A program made the translations under genes and the position numbers. The notes under the pieces are model-generated. The model saw nothing but the letters and a program-made list of their open reading frames with translations. It did no database searches and was not told the DNA's origin. This document shows positions 46,775 to 60,531 of a stretch of DNA of 64,000 bases, piece by piece. This DNA is from the human T2T-CHM13v2.0 reference genome, Homo sapiens. The stretch is taken from assembly GCF_009914755.1 (NCBI RefSeq), contig NC_060938.1. One strand, given 5' to 3'. Position 1 is the first letter of the stretch, and the number at the start of each line of letters is the position of its first letter.

Positions 46775-47110
46775 TGTATATCAGGACTGTTATAACAAAG
46801 TACTACAAACTGGGTGGCTTAAGTACTGGAGGTTGTAAGAGGGAATAAGGTGTTGTCAGGGGTGATTTCTTTTGAGGATGTATCTTTCCAAGCCTCTCTC
46901 CTTGGCTTGTAGATGGCAGCCCATATTCCCATGGCATTCTCTCTGCATGCACATCTCTGTACACATTTCTCCTCTTATAAGGATACCAGTCATAATGGAT
47001 TCAAACTTACTGCAATAACCTTCCCTTAACTTGATTACATCTCCAAATAAGGTCACATTCTGAGGTACTGGGGTTTAAGACTTTAACACATCAATTTTGT
47101 GGGGACATAG
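46775..47110 (-). mobile_element. MaLR solo LTR (MLT1A-like)
   Basis: TGTTATAACAAAGTACTACAAACTGGGTGGCTTAA...TCTCCAAATAAGGTCACATTCTGAGGTACTGGGG. Confidence 0.85.
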
Positions 47111-47267
47111 TATCTCCTTAGGGAAGTGAAAATTAAAACAACAATAAGATACCATATTACACACCTATTAGAACAGCTAAAATCCAAAACGCTGACATCA
47201 CCATATGTTGGGGAGGTTGCGGAACAACAGAAGGAAATTGCTGGTGGGAATGCAAAATAGTAGAGCC

Positions 47268-47564
47268 ATTTTGATTTTTGTGACAGTCTCTCCTTGTTGC
47301 CCAGGCTTGAGTGCAGGCTGCTCACTGCAGCCTCGACATCCTCCCGGTCACAAGCAATCCTCCCACCTCAGCCTCCCAAGTAGCAGGGACTACAGGCACA
47401 TGCTACCATGACTGGCTAATTTTTTTTTTTTTTTTGTATTTTCTGTGGAGACGGGGTTTCGCCATGATGCCCAGGCTAGTCCTGGACTCCTGAGCTCAAG
47501 CTATCTGCCAACCTCTGCCTCCCAAAGTGCTGGGATTACAGGCATGAGCCACCATGCTCAGCCC
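47268..47564 (-). mobile_element. AluJ
   Basis: CTCACTGCAGCCTCGAC...CTCCTGAGCTCAAGC; TSD-like pair tagagccatttt / tacagccatttt. Confidence 0.9.
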
Positions 47565-49414
47565 ACTACAGCCATTTTGGAAGACAGTTTAACTGTTTCT
47601 TACAAAACTAAGCATACTTTTAACATACAATACAGCAATCATGCTCCTTGGTATTTACAAAAAATTAATTAAAAACATATGCCTACACGAAAACTTGCAC
47701 ACAAAAGTTTACAGCAGCTTTATTAATGACTGTTCAAACATGGAAGCAAAGATGCCCTACAATACAGGTGGATGGATAAAAAAACAGTGATACATCCATA
47801 CAATGGAATATTATTTCACGATTAAAAGACATGAGCTAACATGCCATAAAAAGACAAAGAGGAACCTTAAACGCATCTTGTTAAATGAAAAAAAAAAAAA
47901 GGTCAATCTAAAAAGGCTGCCTACTGTATGATTCCAATTAAATGATGATCTGGAAAAGGCAAAACTATAGAGACAGTAAATGTCAGTGGTTACCAAGGGT
48001 GCCTCGGAGGGAAAAAAGGGGAAATGGACAGGTAGAAAACAGGGAGGTTTTCTTTTTACAAATCTTATATATATATATATGAAAACATATAAAAATGTAC
48101 AACGTAATGAATGAATCCCAAGATACATTATAGACTTCAGTTAATAAGAATATCTCCATTTTGGCTCATCAATTGTACCAACTGTACCACACTAATTGTC
48201 CAAACTTGGAAGTAAAGATGTCCTTCAACACAGGTGGATGGCTAAACAAAGTAGTTAATAATAAGTTGTTAATAGTAAGAAAAACTGTGTTAGGAGCAGA
48301 GGGAGTTGGGGCAAAAAGAAATACATGGCAACACTTTGGACTTTCTGCTCAATTTTTTCTGTAAACTTAAAACTGCTCTAAAAAACAGTCCATTAATTAA
48401 AGAAAAGTAGCTCTTCTACTAAGAAGGTCAGGAAGCAAAGGATTTAGGATAATTACATGGAAATAGAAGTAAACTAAAAAATTAAAGTGCAAAAATACTG
48501 TTTTCTCAGTAATAGTCAATAATCCATGACATACTCTATGACAAACTATGACATAAAACTCAATAAAAGTATAATTTCTATATAGGAAAGTTATTTTTAA
48601 AAATGGTTTAGACAGGTCATTTTGCAACATTTAACAAAATACTATTTTCATTTCAGAAAGCCAGATAATGCCTTAGACATAACAATATTGATACGTAAGG
48701 TTATATTTTTAAAAATATTCAAACCATACTTATATCATTCTAAAATACTCTAGCCTACATAATTATATTAGGATGGAATAAGGTAATATTGTTTGAGCAA
48801 AGTAAAACAGAACACTTCTGATTAGAAGAACACAAGGATAATTTCCCCTCCTTGCCTACATATCATGCACCTCACTTGGATGCAAAAGAAAACTTATAGG
48901 GAGAAGATCATTTTATATTAACTTTGAGATAAATTTTCAACAAGAAAGTAGTAGTTTTCTACCCTTTAAAGTTAAAAAAAAAGTTGCGATTATTTCTCTG
49001 AAGCATGTAGATTCATCCATACTCCTGGTACGATCACTACTGTATATAATGTTCCTATTTAATTTTCCTTTGTCACTTCTATGGCTATAATGCATCTTTC
49101 CTAAAAAGAGAAATAGTAATCAAGTTTAGAAAAATATAAAATATACTGGTAGCCACATTAAAGAGTCTCGTTAAAGTCCGTTTGGGAATCCAACAAATGT
49201 GGAATTTATTCTTACCGTCATCGTTTATTGAATACTGGTTAGTATAATTCTGAGAATGTTATTTAACCACCATTTATAAAAATGGGATAACTGTAAAGGT
49301 TAATGCCATTCTAAAATGATGTAGACAGGTTTTTTTATATGAGATCCTCTTATTATTAATTGCTGTTGACATTTACAAATACAAATATCAATGAATGATA
49401 TTCAAGATAGATTC

Positions 49415-49965
49415 TATACCACATACACATGGAAGTTTATTCAACAATAACAAAGAATGAAATCCTGTCATTTGCAGCAACATGGATAGAACTGGTAGTC
49501 ATTATGGTAAGTGAAATAAGCCAAGCACAGAAAAAACAAATATTGCATGTTCTCACTCATATGTGAGAGCTACAACCGTGGATCTCATGAAGACAGAGAG
49601 TAGACTGCTGGTTATCAGAGGCTGGGAAGGGTTGAGTGGAGGGATAAAAAGAGGTTGATTAATGGGTACAAATATACAGTTTGATAGTGTTTGATACATC
49701 AGTAGAGTGACTTTAGTAACCTTTTGTATATTTCAAACTAATTACAAAAGAATAGTTTGAATATTTCTAGCATAAAGAAAGATAAATATTTAAGGAGGTG
49801 AATATCCTAATTACACTGATATGATCTTTACAAATTATACAAAATGTATTAAATTATTGTAATATATTACATTGTATGTATTAAATTATTGTAATAAATT
49901 ATTGTAATTTAATACATTTTGTATAATTTGTAAATATGCACATCTACTATATATCAATTAAAATA
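49415..49965 (+). mobile_element. L1MA 3' end containing a foldback
   Basis: AAGAATGAAATCCTGTCATTTGCAGCAACATGGAT...TGTTCTCACTCATATGTG...AATGGGTACAAATATACAGT. Confidence 0.85.
49827..49934. repeat. Perfect 30-bp inverted repeat with a 48-bp spacer
   Basis: 49827-49856 TTTACAAATTATACAAAATGTATTAAATTA is the exact reverse complement of 49905-49934. Confidence 0.95.
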
Positions 49966-50852
49966 TAATGTTTAAAGACAGATCACACACCAAACTGATA
50001 TCATGACTCTAAGACTATCTCCCTACTTTAAGGATGCCTGAAAGGTACATGAATTTTTTAGCACTCTTTAAAAAAATGTCTATGATTTGTCATATTTAAT
50101 AATACATGTCTTTAAATAATTTTCTCAAAGGAAAAAGATTATAGTTGATCTACCACAAAGTTGTGGAAATGTGTTACTGAAATCAGTAATTGTATAAATT
50201 TAGTAAAATGAAGCCTTTATTGAATAAGAAAATATAAATTTACTTTCTGTCTATGTCACATAAAGAAACTGTCAAAGTGGTGTTCTATAATTTCCTGAGG
50301 CTTTTGGGGATAAAAATCAAGTAACAGCAGTCTTCCTCAATTAATAGAAGAATTAGCTTAAGGGATAAAATTGCCTCGTTTTGAGATTTTTATCTAATTT
50401 TCAATATGTGATAACTCCCACCAGTTGCCTATACTATAATAGAATCTATCAGATTTTGTATAAAATTCTATTAGCCTAACGTGGTAGTTGTAAGGACAGA
50501 CTTTGGGGATGGAATGTAAGGAAATCTCATCCCTGACTCTAATTGCATAGATATTAGAAATATATATATTTACACACATAAACATATATACATACCATAC
50601 ACACACATTTACATATAAAAAGGAATACACACACACAATGTGGGCAAATTAATCTTTGTGCCATCTTTTCCTCATATATTTATTGTGAACTAATTCAGCT
50701 GATACATGAAAAGCATGTAGTTTTAACCATCTCTGGCTCACAGTAAATTTCATATAACTATTATTATTACTGCTGCTGCTTTAACCAATGTTGAATTTAA
50801 TATACTAACATGTCCAGTGTCCTGAAGAATATAATTTCCAAATGCTCTATTA

Positions 50853-51141
50853 CAGCAGAAGACAACATGGTACAGGGTGGGGGGATGGTTTTGGGATGAA
50901 ACTGTTCTACCTCAGAACATCAGGCATTAGTTGGATTCTCATAAGGAGTGTGCAACCTAGATCCTTCGCGTGCTCAGTTCATGATAGGGTTTCCGTCCTA
51001 TGAGATTCTAACGCCACTGCTGATCTGACAGGAGGCGGAGCTCAGGTGGTAATGCTAGCTGGCCCCACAGCTCACCTCCTGCTGTGTGGCCCAGTTCTTA
51101 GCAGGCCACAGACCGGACCAGAGCAGGGTTAGGGACCCCTG
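50853..51141 (-). mobile_element. MER1B, opposite orientation to the copy at 30006, with a subterminal deletion
   Basis: GGATGAAACTGTTCTACCTCAGA...GATCTGACAGGAGGCGGAGCTCAGG...GGGACCCCTG; TSD-like pair ctctatta / ccctatta. Confidence 0.9.
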
Positions 51142-52119
51142 CCCTATTACTTGAATAAGCTGAATAAGTTTGAGGACTACTAACATTGAAACATAAAAAG
51201 CACAGCATTTTAAAATACACTTGGAATTTTTAGATCTTTTGTTACTAAATACTTTGAACTCTCTTGATTTTGAAATCTATTTGCATGTCATATAAGATTT
51301 GTGAGTAGAGGTAACAGAAATGCATCCTATCACAAAACTTCTTTATTCTTTAACAGCAGCAGCTGACACAGGAGAATAATTTCCTGCTTCACTGTGCTGA
51401 CAGCACATCGTCTAGATTCAGAAATTATATCCTCAGCAGGAAGGCAATAGGTTTCTATCTACACTAAGGAAAGAGAAGAATAGAAAAATTACACAAAACA
51501 GAGGTGACTTACTATTATCATAAAACAAACTGTATTGAACATAGTTTTTTTAAACTGGTAAAATGACACAAATTATAACTAAATTTATATTTTAAATTTC
51601 AAGTATTTGGCTAGAATGTTTCTTAAAGAAATAAAAGTTTTGTCTATTTATAATGTTTAATACTTCTAAACAAATATTATATTTCTCCTACTCTCAAATT
51701 TTTAAACAAAAAAAATTCTAAGATCAACTAAAACATATTAGTTTTCTGATTTTAATCATTCCTAGTGTGTTAGAACACTATGTCCTAGTTCAGTCAGTAA
51801 ATGCCAATTCTTTTAAAAAAATATTTAGGAGAATGGTGTTAAGTGATAATCGTTTATATTAAAGTTTTGTTCTGTTACCAGAAAAATTACTCTTCACTCT
51901 ATAAGTTATAATTTCCATGTATTTGTGTATGCTGAATATTTATAAGCTGCTAGGTTTTTGTTTTGGTTATATGAAAATCTAGTGACTTGCCTTATTGGAA
52001 GTCATTTTTAAGGTGTCATATTAGTTTAAGTAACTCAGATGTCTAAAGAAGTATGTATTGTAGGCTTCTGGTCCATATTAATAAACTAAAAGTATCAAGA
52101 CCTCAGGTTCCACAAGCAG

Positions 52120-52325
52120 TTCCTGGATTCAAATCTTTCTGTCACTTACTAGCCCTGTGAAATTGGTCAGTTACTTATTCTGCTTCCTCATTTGTATAAT
52201 AAGGATAACAGTAGTATGCGTTTAATGGGATTGGTTTGAGTATCAAATGAAAATCTATACAAAAGCACTTAGAAAAAGTCTAGCATATAGTAAGGCACTC
52301 CACAAATGCTAGCTAGCTGTTGTTT
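52120..52325 (+). mobile_element. MIR SINE
   Basis: CCTGGATTCAAATC...CACTTACTAG...TTCCTCATTTGTA...AAAGCACTTAGAA...TAGTAAGGCACTC. Confidence 0.8.
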
Positions 52326-52334
52326 TTGCTGCTA

Positions 52335-53690
52335 AGTATGGCAGATGAGCACACATATTAAACTCCACTCCCTTCTGAAACATCACTAAAATGGCAAAAT
52401 AGTATAAAAGCAGAAAGACAAGGAGAAGGGTGAGGGAAACAACAGCAAACAAGAAATTCAACATCGTTTTGGAAAATGAAAAATTGAAGCAGAATAACTA
52501 GGAACACACTCTGCACAGAGAGGAAGCTGAAAACTAGGTAACAGAGAATGCTAATATCAACAGCAAGATAATTTGCCTAATGAAACCCCAGAAAGACAGC
52601 GATAATGTTAGCGCTGAATACTGAGGGAACTCTAAAAATCTATATACAGAACATTTTGGCACATAGGTTTACTACCCTACTTTACATATTCTCTTCTTTT
52701 CTCCCCCTTGAAGTTCAGAATATTAGGTATCTTGACCCAGAAATGTTCCTGAACTACAACTACCAGGCAAAACAGAGAGGAGTCAAGGGACAAGGTTAAA
52801 ATGGACAGAAGCGGTTCCTAAATATTGGCAGGCAGATATACACCATGCAGAAAGAATATCTGAAAATCCAGTAGTGAAAGTTTAAGAACTCAGATAACAG
52901 ACATATAGCTACCGTCATACAGAATCCCTAGCTTTTTGCATGATCACACTAATGAAGCTATCTAAGCAACAAGTCTTGCTAGCAGACACACAGCTTTCAA
53001 CCAAATATGTAGCACCACATTAAGCCAAAGCTTTGACAAAACGTCTCCAACACAAAAGACTAAAACCAGAAGAAAGAAAGAAGGAAGGAAGGAAGGAAGG
53101 AAACTCAGAGGAAATACAATACAAAGAGCAGAAGCAACCTTAAGGCAAAACAATTAACATCTTCACAGACATTAGAACTGATGGTTACAACCACAAAATA
53201 AGAACAATATGTCACATTAAAAAAAAAAAACAGTAATAATGGGGGCAGGGGAAGTAAAAAATCAGAGAAACAGTAAGAACTTTTAGAAAATGAAAATAAC
53301 TGAAACATTCAATGAAAGAAAAAGTTTAGTAAGTCCCTGAATAACTACAATTTTAAGATTTTTTTAATGAAAAAAGAGAAGGAAAATAAGAAAATCAGAA
53401 GACAAATCCAGATCAACATAGCCCTATGATCAGTGATACAGAATAGTAAAATGAGAGAACAGAACAGAATGCCTTCATAATTCTGAGGCAAAATTATTTT
53501 CAGCCTACAATTATATACATAAGCTTATATTCAATTAAATGTGAGAATGATGACATATTCAACTATGCAAGCTTCTATGACTCCTTTGTTAGGATGCATG
53601 TGAAAAATATATTTCTATAAAACAAAGGATTAAAAAAAGTAAAAGCAAGCATTGGATTCAGGAAATAGAGGATCTAGCACTGGAGAAACA
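52335..53690 (+). mobile_element. HAL1/L1M 5'-ORF1-like decayed element
   Basis: A-rich; AATTCTGAGGCAAAATTATTTTCAGCCTACAATTATATAC reads ILRQNYFQPTIIY (compare ORF1 ILRENDFQPRILY). Confidence 0.5.
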
Positions 53691-53874
53691 GTATAAGCTC
53701 TAGCCTAAGCCCAAGTATGGGCTTTATGAGCGTTTTCAGAGATTTATTCTGTTTATATACAAAAAACTCAAATAACTTTAGACCTAAAAAAGCCTTCATC
53801 CGGTGGTTTTCAGGTTGTATCTGAACTAGTTTCTTCTAGTCTTACATATAAACTTCAACTCTGTGATGTATGCA

Positions 53875-54005
53875 CTATTATTTTCATCATTTTACAGATG
53901 AGAAAATAAAGTGTGTATAGCAAGACAAGTTAATAAGTGGGAGTGGAAATTTTAACCCTGGCAATTTAGTTCCAGAACCCATGGTCTTTAGTGTTTTGCT
54001 CTACT
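53875..54005 (-). mobile_element. MIR fragment
   Basis: CATTTTACAGATGAGAAAA core. Confidence 0.65.
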
Positions 54006-54174
54006 ATATGTATTATAAACCTATTGAACACAACATATTGTCTTTAATTATCTGGAAAACACTTCAGGACCTCATAGGGCCTGACGTACATAACTTCACC
54101 ATTTCATAAAAATTGTGGATCTTACAAACCATGGTACTTCAGATTTGATGAACTTGTAGCTAACGGTACTAACA

Positions 54175-54440
54175 GCATAATAGCACTTACAACGCATCAG
54201 GCACTATTCCAATTGCTTTATACATATGTATTAATTCAGTCCTCACAACAATCCCATGAGGTGGGTACAGTTATTATCCCTACTTTACACATGAAAAAAT
54301 GGAAGCACAGGTTAACTGGCTTGCTGGAGTTCATGTGGATACTAAGGGGCAGAAACACAGGTTAAGTAGCTTGCTGGAGTTCATGTGGATACTAAGTGGC
54401 AGAAGGCTCCAGAAACTGAGTTTTTAAATATTATACAGTA
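54175..54440 (-). mobile_element. MIR SINE with an internal 50-bp tandem duplication
   Basis: CCTCACAACAATCCCATGAGGTGGGTAC...; 54302-54351 is repeated at 54352-54401 with 4 mismatches. Confidence 0.8.
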
Positions 54441-57161
54441 CTGTTAAAGGTTTTACATACACCATCACTAGTTACTGCTCCTCGCGATAGACAAATTAAC
54501 ATATCCATTTTTATATCAGGAAATTGTAAAACAGAGATCAAGGAACTTGTACAAAATTCACAGAGTTTGCAAGAGACAAGACAGAAATTCAAACCCAGTT
54601 CTGCCTCACTTCAAAACCTTTGAAATTGGCAATAACCAACCCTATTTTACTATATAATATATAAACAATATGGTTAAGGACTTTTTTAGTTGTAAAAATA
54701 TGTCCAACTGGTAAGTCTCATTTAGTGTTTCTGTGAGATAAAAAGATACACTTAAACCTTTAAGTACTCTACCCAAAGTTTAAATACATTTGTGGAAATC
54801 TTTCTAAAATGTATCACACATATACCTAACTTCTTAAAATGTAATGAATACAATTCAAACATATCTTGATGAATCTGGTTCATCACCATGATGAGCAGTA
54901 ATGACTCTGTGTGGGAAAGTAGCTACAGGTGTAGAGAGTACAAGATAAAACTTAAGAGCTATTGAAGTCAACAGGAGTCCTGTAAATTTGAAAAAGACCA
55001 TGCTGAGAGAATTCACTTTTGTAGTTGGTCTTCGTCTCAGAAAGAAAAACACAATAGCTGCTTGACTTCACTTCCTATCTACACTCACTGTACTTTTATA
55101 CTCCTGCAGTTTTGTAAGAACAAAATGTTACCCTTTTTGAAATACAGGTAGGTATTTGAGTTATCATCAGCCCCCAAAAGAGACCCTGTGGAATTATCCT
55201 ATGACTTAATGGATTTCTGGTATCTCACAGTGCCTAGAAGTCTATCGCCCATCCCATCCTTCAAAGTCATAAAGACATTCTTTCGTGTCCCTCAGATGAC
55301 TCTTCTGTTCTCTTGTACCCACTGCTGTCCCAGTGTATTCCCTAATTCTACAGTCCACCACTCTCTCTCCTTTTCTTTCACCATTTTTCGTTTTTTGTGT
55401 ATGCAGTCTGTCATTTCTTGGCTTCCACGTAAAAAGACAAAAAATTCGGTGTGATATGACAGCCAAAAAGTGGCAACAAACTTGATAGACAAGAAAAAGA
55501 TGGACCATGGTTCACTTATTTTTGTAATCTAGCCATTAGCACTGTGCCATACTATAGACTAAATGATATTGTGTGGAATCAAACTAATTACATAAAATAC
55601 AAGCAAATCACCAACAAATGGATAAGCTAACACCAGTACCACCACATTCTCTCATTTATTAGTTTTCTTTTTAATCTTCTTTAATCCTTGATTAGTGCTG
55701 AAAATGTGACAAAAGAAAAAAGCAAGAGAATGCAAACTGAATGGCGTTCTTAAATAAATACTTTACAAAATGGGCTTTCATACAGAAAAAAATATAGTGA
55801 TTCAGAAAAGTGATCTATGTTTGTTTTAAGGGTATTTAAATGAGGAGAAAGAAAGAGAACATGATGCAATTGAAAGATAGGCAGGAGTATGTTTCATGGC
55901 AAACAAAGGGATGAAAATATAATTTGGATACTAAAATTATATGAATGATGAAATATTCCTTCAGAGTCGTTGTAAAATAAAAGACTATAAAATGCTATAA
56001 GGAATGCATAACATAACAGCTTAGCAAAATCTTAGAAATGCAATGACAAAAGAGTTCAAGCACCGTTCAAGGTTACTAAAAGATATCGTACATAACACCA
56101 GTCACAATTTCTAAGGAAATGTCATACTTATTTAACGCTATTAACAAAACTAACTTATCACTAACTTCAAATTCGTTTTAATTTATTGTCATCAAAATAA
56201 TAGTTACCATTAATAATCAAGCATACACAGAGTATATTTATATACATATATACATATATACTAGTTTGGCTCCAATGATTGTAAGTGAGTACCTTGGAAA
56301 GTGATTTAATTTTTTGTGCTTCAGTTGTCTATCTTTAAGAATACATCCTTCTTCATAAAGTTTTTGAAAGAAGTAAATAACATATACACAGTGTGTTGAA
56401 TATGGCTTTGAAAATAGTAAATGTTCATTAGTTAACTATTATTATTATCATTATTACTATTTCACTACATCTTCCTTATCATCTATTACCCTACCTCTCA
56501 ACTAATAAGGCGATAAATCCCATAATATGGCCAAGGCTACAGATGCAAAAATTGTAAAACTAAAAGTAAAATAACATGTGCTAAGAAACAGAACCCACCA
56601 TAATCTTCTTTCTCACTTGGCATTTCTTGTTGACAATGGCAATTTCTGTCATCAATAAAAATTGTGGAAAAACGGAAGTCATCATTATAAGGAAAACATA
56701 TTACTATGTTAGAACACAGCAAAAATAAATGCATTTACCCATTTTTAAAAGGCTAAATGCTACTTTTTAAAATCTTCCTTAAGAAATCAATCCTTAGATA
56801 AACATTCAATTTTTCTCCCCCTCCCCTGCAAAAAGCTAGAAGCTGGGAATACCGTTAATATCTTCAAAACTACTTGGAAATACCTTTTACATAGGATGAG
56901 CACATAAAAAACATGAAAATGGAAGAAATAACTTTCATTTTCCATAAAAACACTTGCCTTCAATCAAACTCACCTTTCCCTAAAAACTGTGCAAAATGAT
57001 GCCAAATTATAATCCAAAAACCAATATATTAAAGCATATACTTTGGGTTTAAATTTTTAAATCCTATAAAAATAATGTAGAGTATAATCAAATTTAATTG
57101 TAATTCATAAAAACTGCCTTCAGAAAAATTTATAGTTTCTGTTATATGTATTATCCTATAA

Positions 57162-57500
<339 letters not shown>

Positions 57501-59955
57501 TAAATAGTTTGACAGTGGTTAGAGCATCCCAATCTGGAGAACAATAATATCACCTCCATTTTTCATATAGTTATTCTTCTGCACCTGTTTCATTTCTAGT
57601 CTTCTGCTTCATTAACTTTCCATTTCCTCAAATACATTAAATCTGAAATAGTCATCTCAATATGCTAACGATCTGATAACATTTTAAGCAACTTTTTTAT
57701 TGCTCAAGATAAACTAGTTATGCTTTTAAAAAATAGTTTTTCCATTTGGTTATCAACAAAGCTCTCTGAACTGCTGCACCTTTACAAAGCTTAACCAATA
57801 TTATAGTCATTTCTGCCTGTATTTAAAACATCTGAAGAGTTTCTTGATATTTACTGTGTGATACCTCCCAACCAAACAAAAATACTGATAGGACTGATAA
57901 AGGATAAAATCAAGGAAAAGATAACAATGAAAAGGGAATCTTGGGAACTGCTGGGATCTTGGGAAAAGGTAGGCCAATATATTAAGATAATAAGAGAGAT
58001 TTAGGTAAAACAGAAAATGTTTTACAGTAGGTTTTTAACACATATTGCTAACTACTCTTTACAATGTAGTAACTGTTATTAGATCTTCTTTCTCAAAATT
58101 CCTATCAGGTAGTAACCTAGAATTCCATTTCTTTATATACACAGTCATTCATATACAAAATGAACACTACCCGGGAACTCAAGTATTTATGAGAGAAGAA
58201 TTTAAACCCCATAGAGGCAGTGCTATACAATGTACAGCATGGACTCTGGAGTCAGACAGACTTGAGTACACATCAACCTTTTCACCAACTGCATGATTTT
58301 GGTCAGCTTACCTTATTTCTGAAATGGTTATAATAGACGTATATATTTCCAGGGTAGCTGGGGAAAATAAGAAAATTTTGTAAACAAACAAAAAACCTAA
58401 CATGCTTTTTTATGTCTGACAGTATAAGCAAGGAAACCCAGCCAATTCTCCTGCCTGAAACAACTATGTCACAGAAAAATATTAAAAACACATTCTTCAA
58501 TGGCATCTGTTAGCTGACCAGAAACTAATAAAACCTAAATAAATGCAGGAACCTGGAAGAGCAACTAGAGCATGTAAGGGGACATTTACCTTGAAGTCTT
58601 TTGATAAACCAAGGTAATATGATCTTTTGTCTATTGAACTTCCTGTTCCAGGTGGGCAGCCTGATGAGAATCCCCAGTAAATACTAACTTTAACCAGCTA
58701 TGCTGTCATTGTAAGAGTAAAATACGCCCTGATCCTCTGACAATTCCTAACATGCACTTAGAAGGCAGGAAAAAATTATCTGGGAATTCATAACCCCAAG
58801 TTTGCCTTCAAGCAGATTTTCAGCATGAATTCATACCTGGTGGTTAAAATAATCTCAAGCCAAGAATTTAGATTCAAGTTGTTCCCAACTATAAATGACA
58901 ACTAAACGCAAAGCCAAGCCACTCTGAAGGAAACCACCTTTATCCTAGGATTCAAAAAATTCCCTCAGGTAAATTGCTAAGAAAACTTAACAAACATTCA
59001 CCAAACACACAAGGAAGCATGGTGGCAAGAGTGAGAACCAGCAGAAACAACACAGAGCAGAACTGTCAGATAGAGTATTTTAAAATAAGTATTCTTAACA
59101 CATTTCATAAGAGGTTTGAACATTTACAGTAAAAAAAATCCGAGAAAGGGTCAAACAGCACTTCTAGATTTAAAAAATATAACTGCAATTAATGAACCTT
59201 GTAAAGTATTTTGAATACAGAATATCATAATGTATTTTAATTCATTTATTTCCCATTTTCCTCCTCAAAACACAAACATTTTGATTAAATAGGAGCAGCA
59301 AATTTGAATTATTTAAAAATCTGATTTACAATATGCATTTATCTGTGGCTTATTAAATATTTCTTGGCAACAAACCAGACCATTAAAATATTAACAAAAA
59401 CAAAGAAGTAGATGTGAATGATACGTTAAGAAAAGTTTCCAATGTAATTTTTTAAAATTACATGTTTCTTGAAATCTTACTTGCTTTATCTAGAAAATTC
59501 TGTTTACCACAGAAAGCAATTAGGTAATCCTTAGATCTATATATACAATTTATCAAAAACTTCAAAGTGGCATAATCAAAGAAGCAAAAGTGGCCCATTA
59601 TTGACAAATAATCACACCCAATTTCAACTTCTATAAACTTGAGAGCACAGTCTAAAACAAATTTCTAGTTGAAAAGAATCAGTGCTAGCTTCTTTCAAAT
59701 CTTTACTTCTTCAACAGCATACTATTCCTTAGTTTATATTATGATCTTCACTTTCACTATCATAAATAAAACAAAACCTAAATAATTTTGAAGTTCTGAT
59801 TCAATGCATTCTTAAACAAGGGGTCAGTGCTTTTGCTAGATGATAATTCTGTATCTTCCATTTCTGGCTCTTTGCCTTAAAGGGTCTCTAAAAGTAAATG
59901 CTAAGAAAGTTAATAGAAGGAAACCATCTGCTTATTCAAATAAAAGTATAAACTA

Positions 59956-60384
<429 letters not shown>

Positions 60385-60443
60385 TCATGTGAACAGATTA
60401 AGGAGAAAACAAAAAGGGTTATCTAGCATCTATATAACACATT

Positions 60444-60531
60444 TGTATATGTGTATGTGTATACATATGTGTATGTGTACTGTATGTGTATACATATGTA
60501 TATGTATACACACATGTATATATGCATATAT
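60444..60531. repeat. Degenerate (TA)/(TG)/(CA) alternating purine-pyrimidine tract
   Basis: tgtatatgtgtatgtgtatacatatgtg... Confidence 0.85.

Larger units (their letters stand above)
45810..48400 (+). mobile_element. L1MC-like 3' ORF2 plus 3' UTR, split by MLT1 and AluJ
   Basis: ORF 45986-46174 ends LSNSKLYKTIVIKTMWYW (compare L1 ORF2 YYKATVIKTAWYW); GACTTCATTAAAATTAAAACTTCTGCTC; 3' end TTCTGTAAACTTAAAACTGCTCTAAAAA. Confidence 0.85.

Noticed and set aside
53070-53103. (GGAA)5 as an ETS-fusion response element
   Set aside because: A short tract inside a decayed LINE-like element with no other support.
39572-54979. Naming the host gene from the candidate exon peptides
   Set aside because: I do not recognise any of the peptides, so any gene symbol would be a guess.
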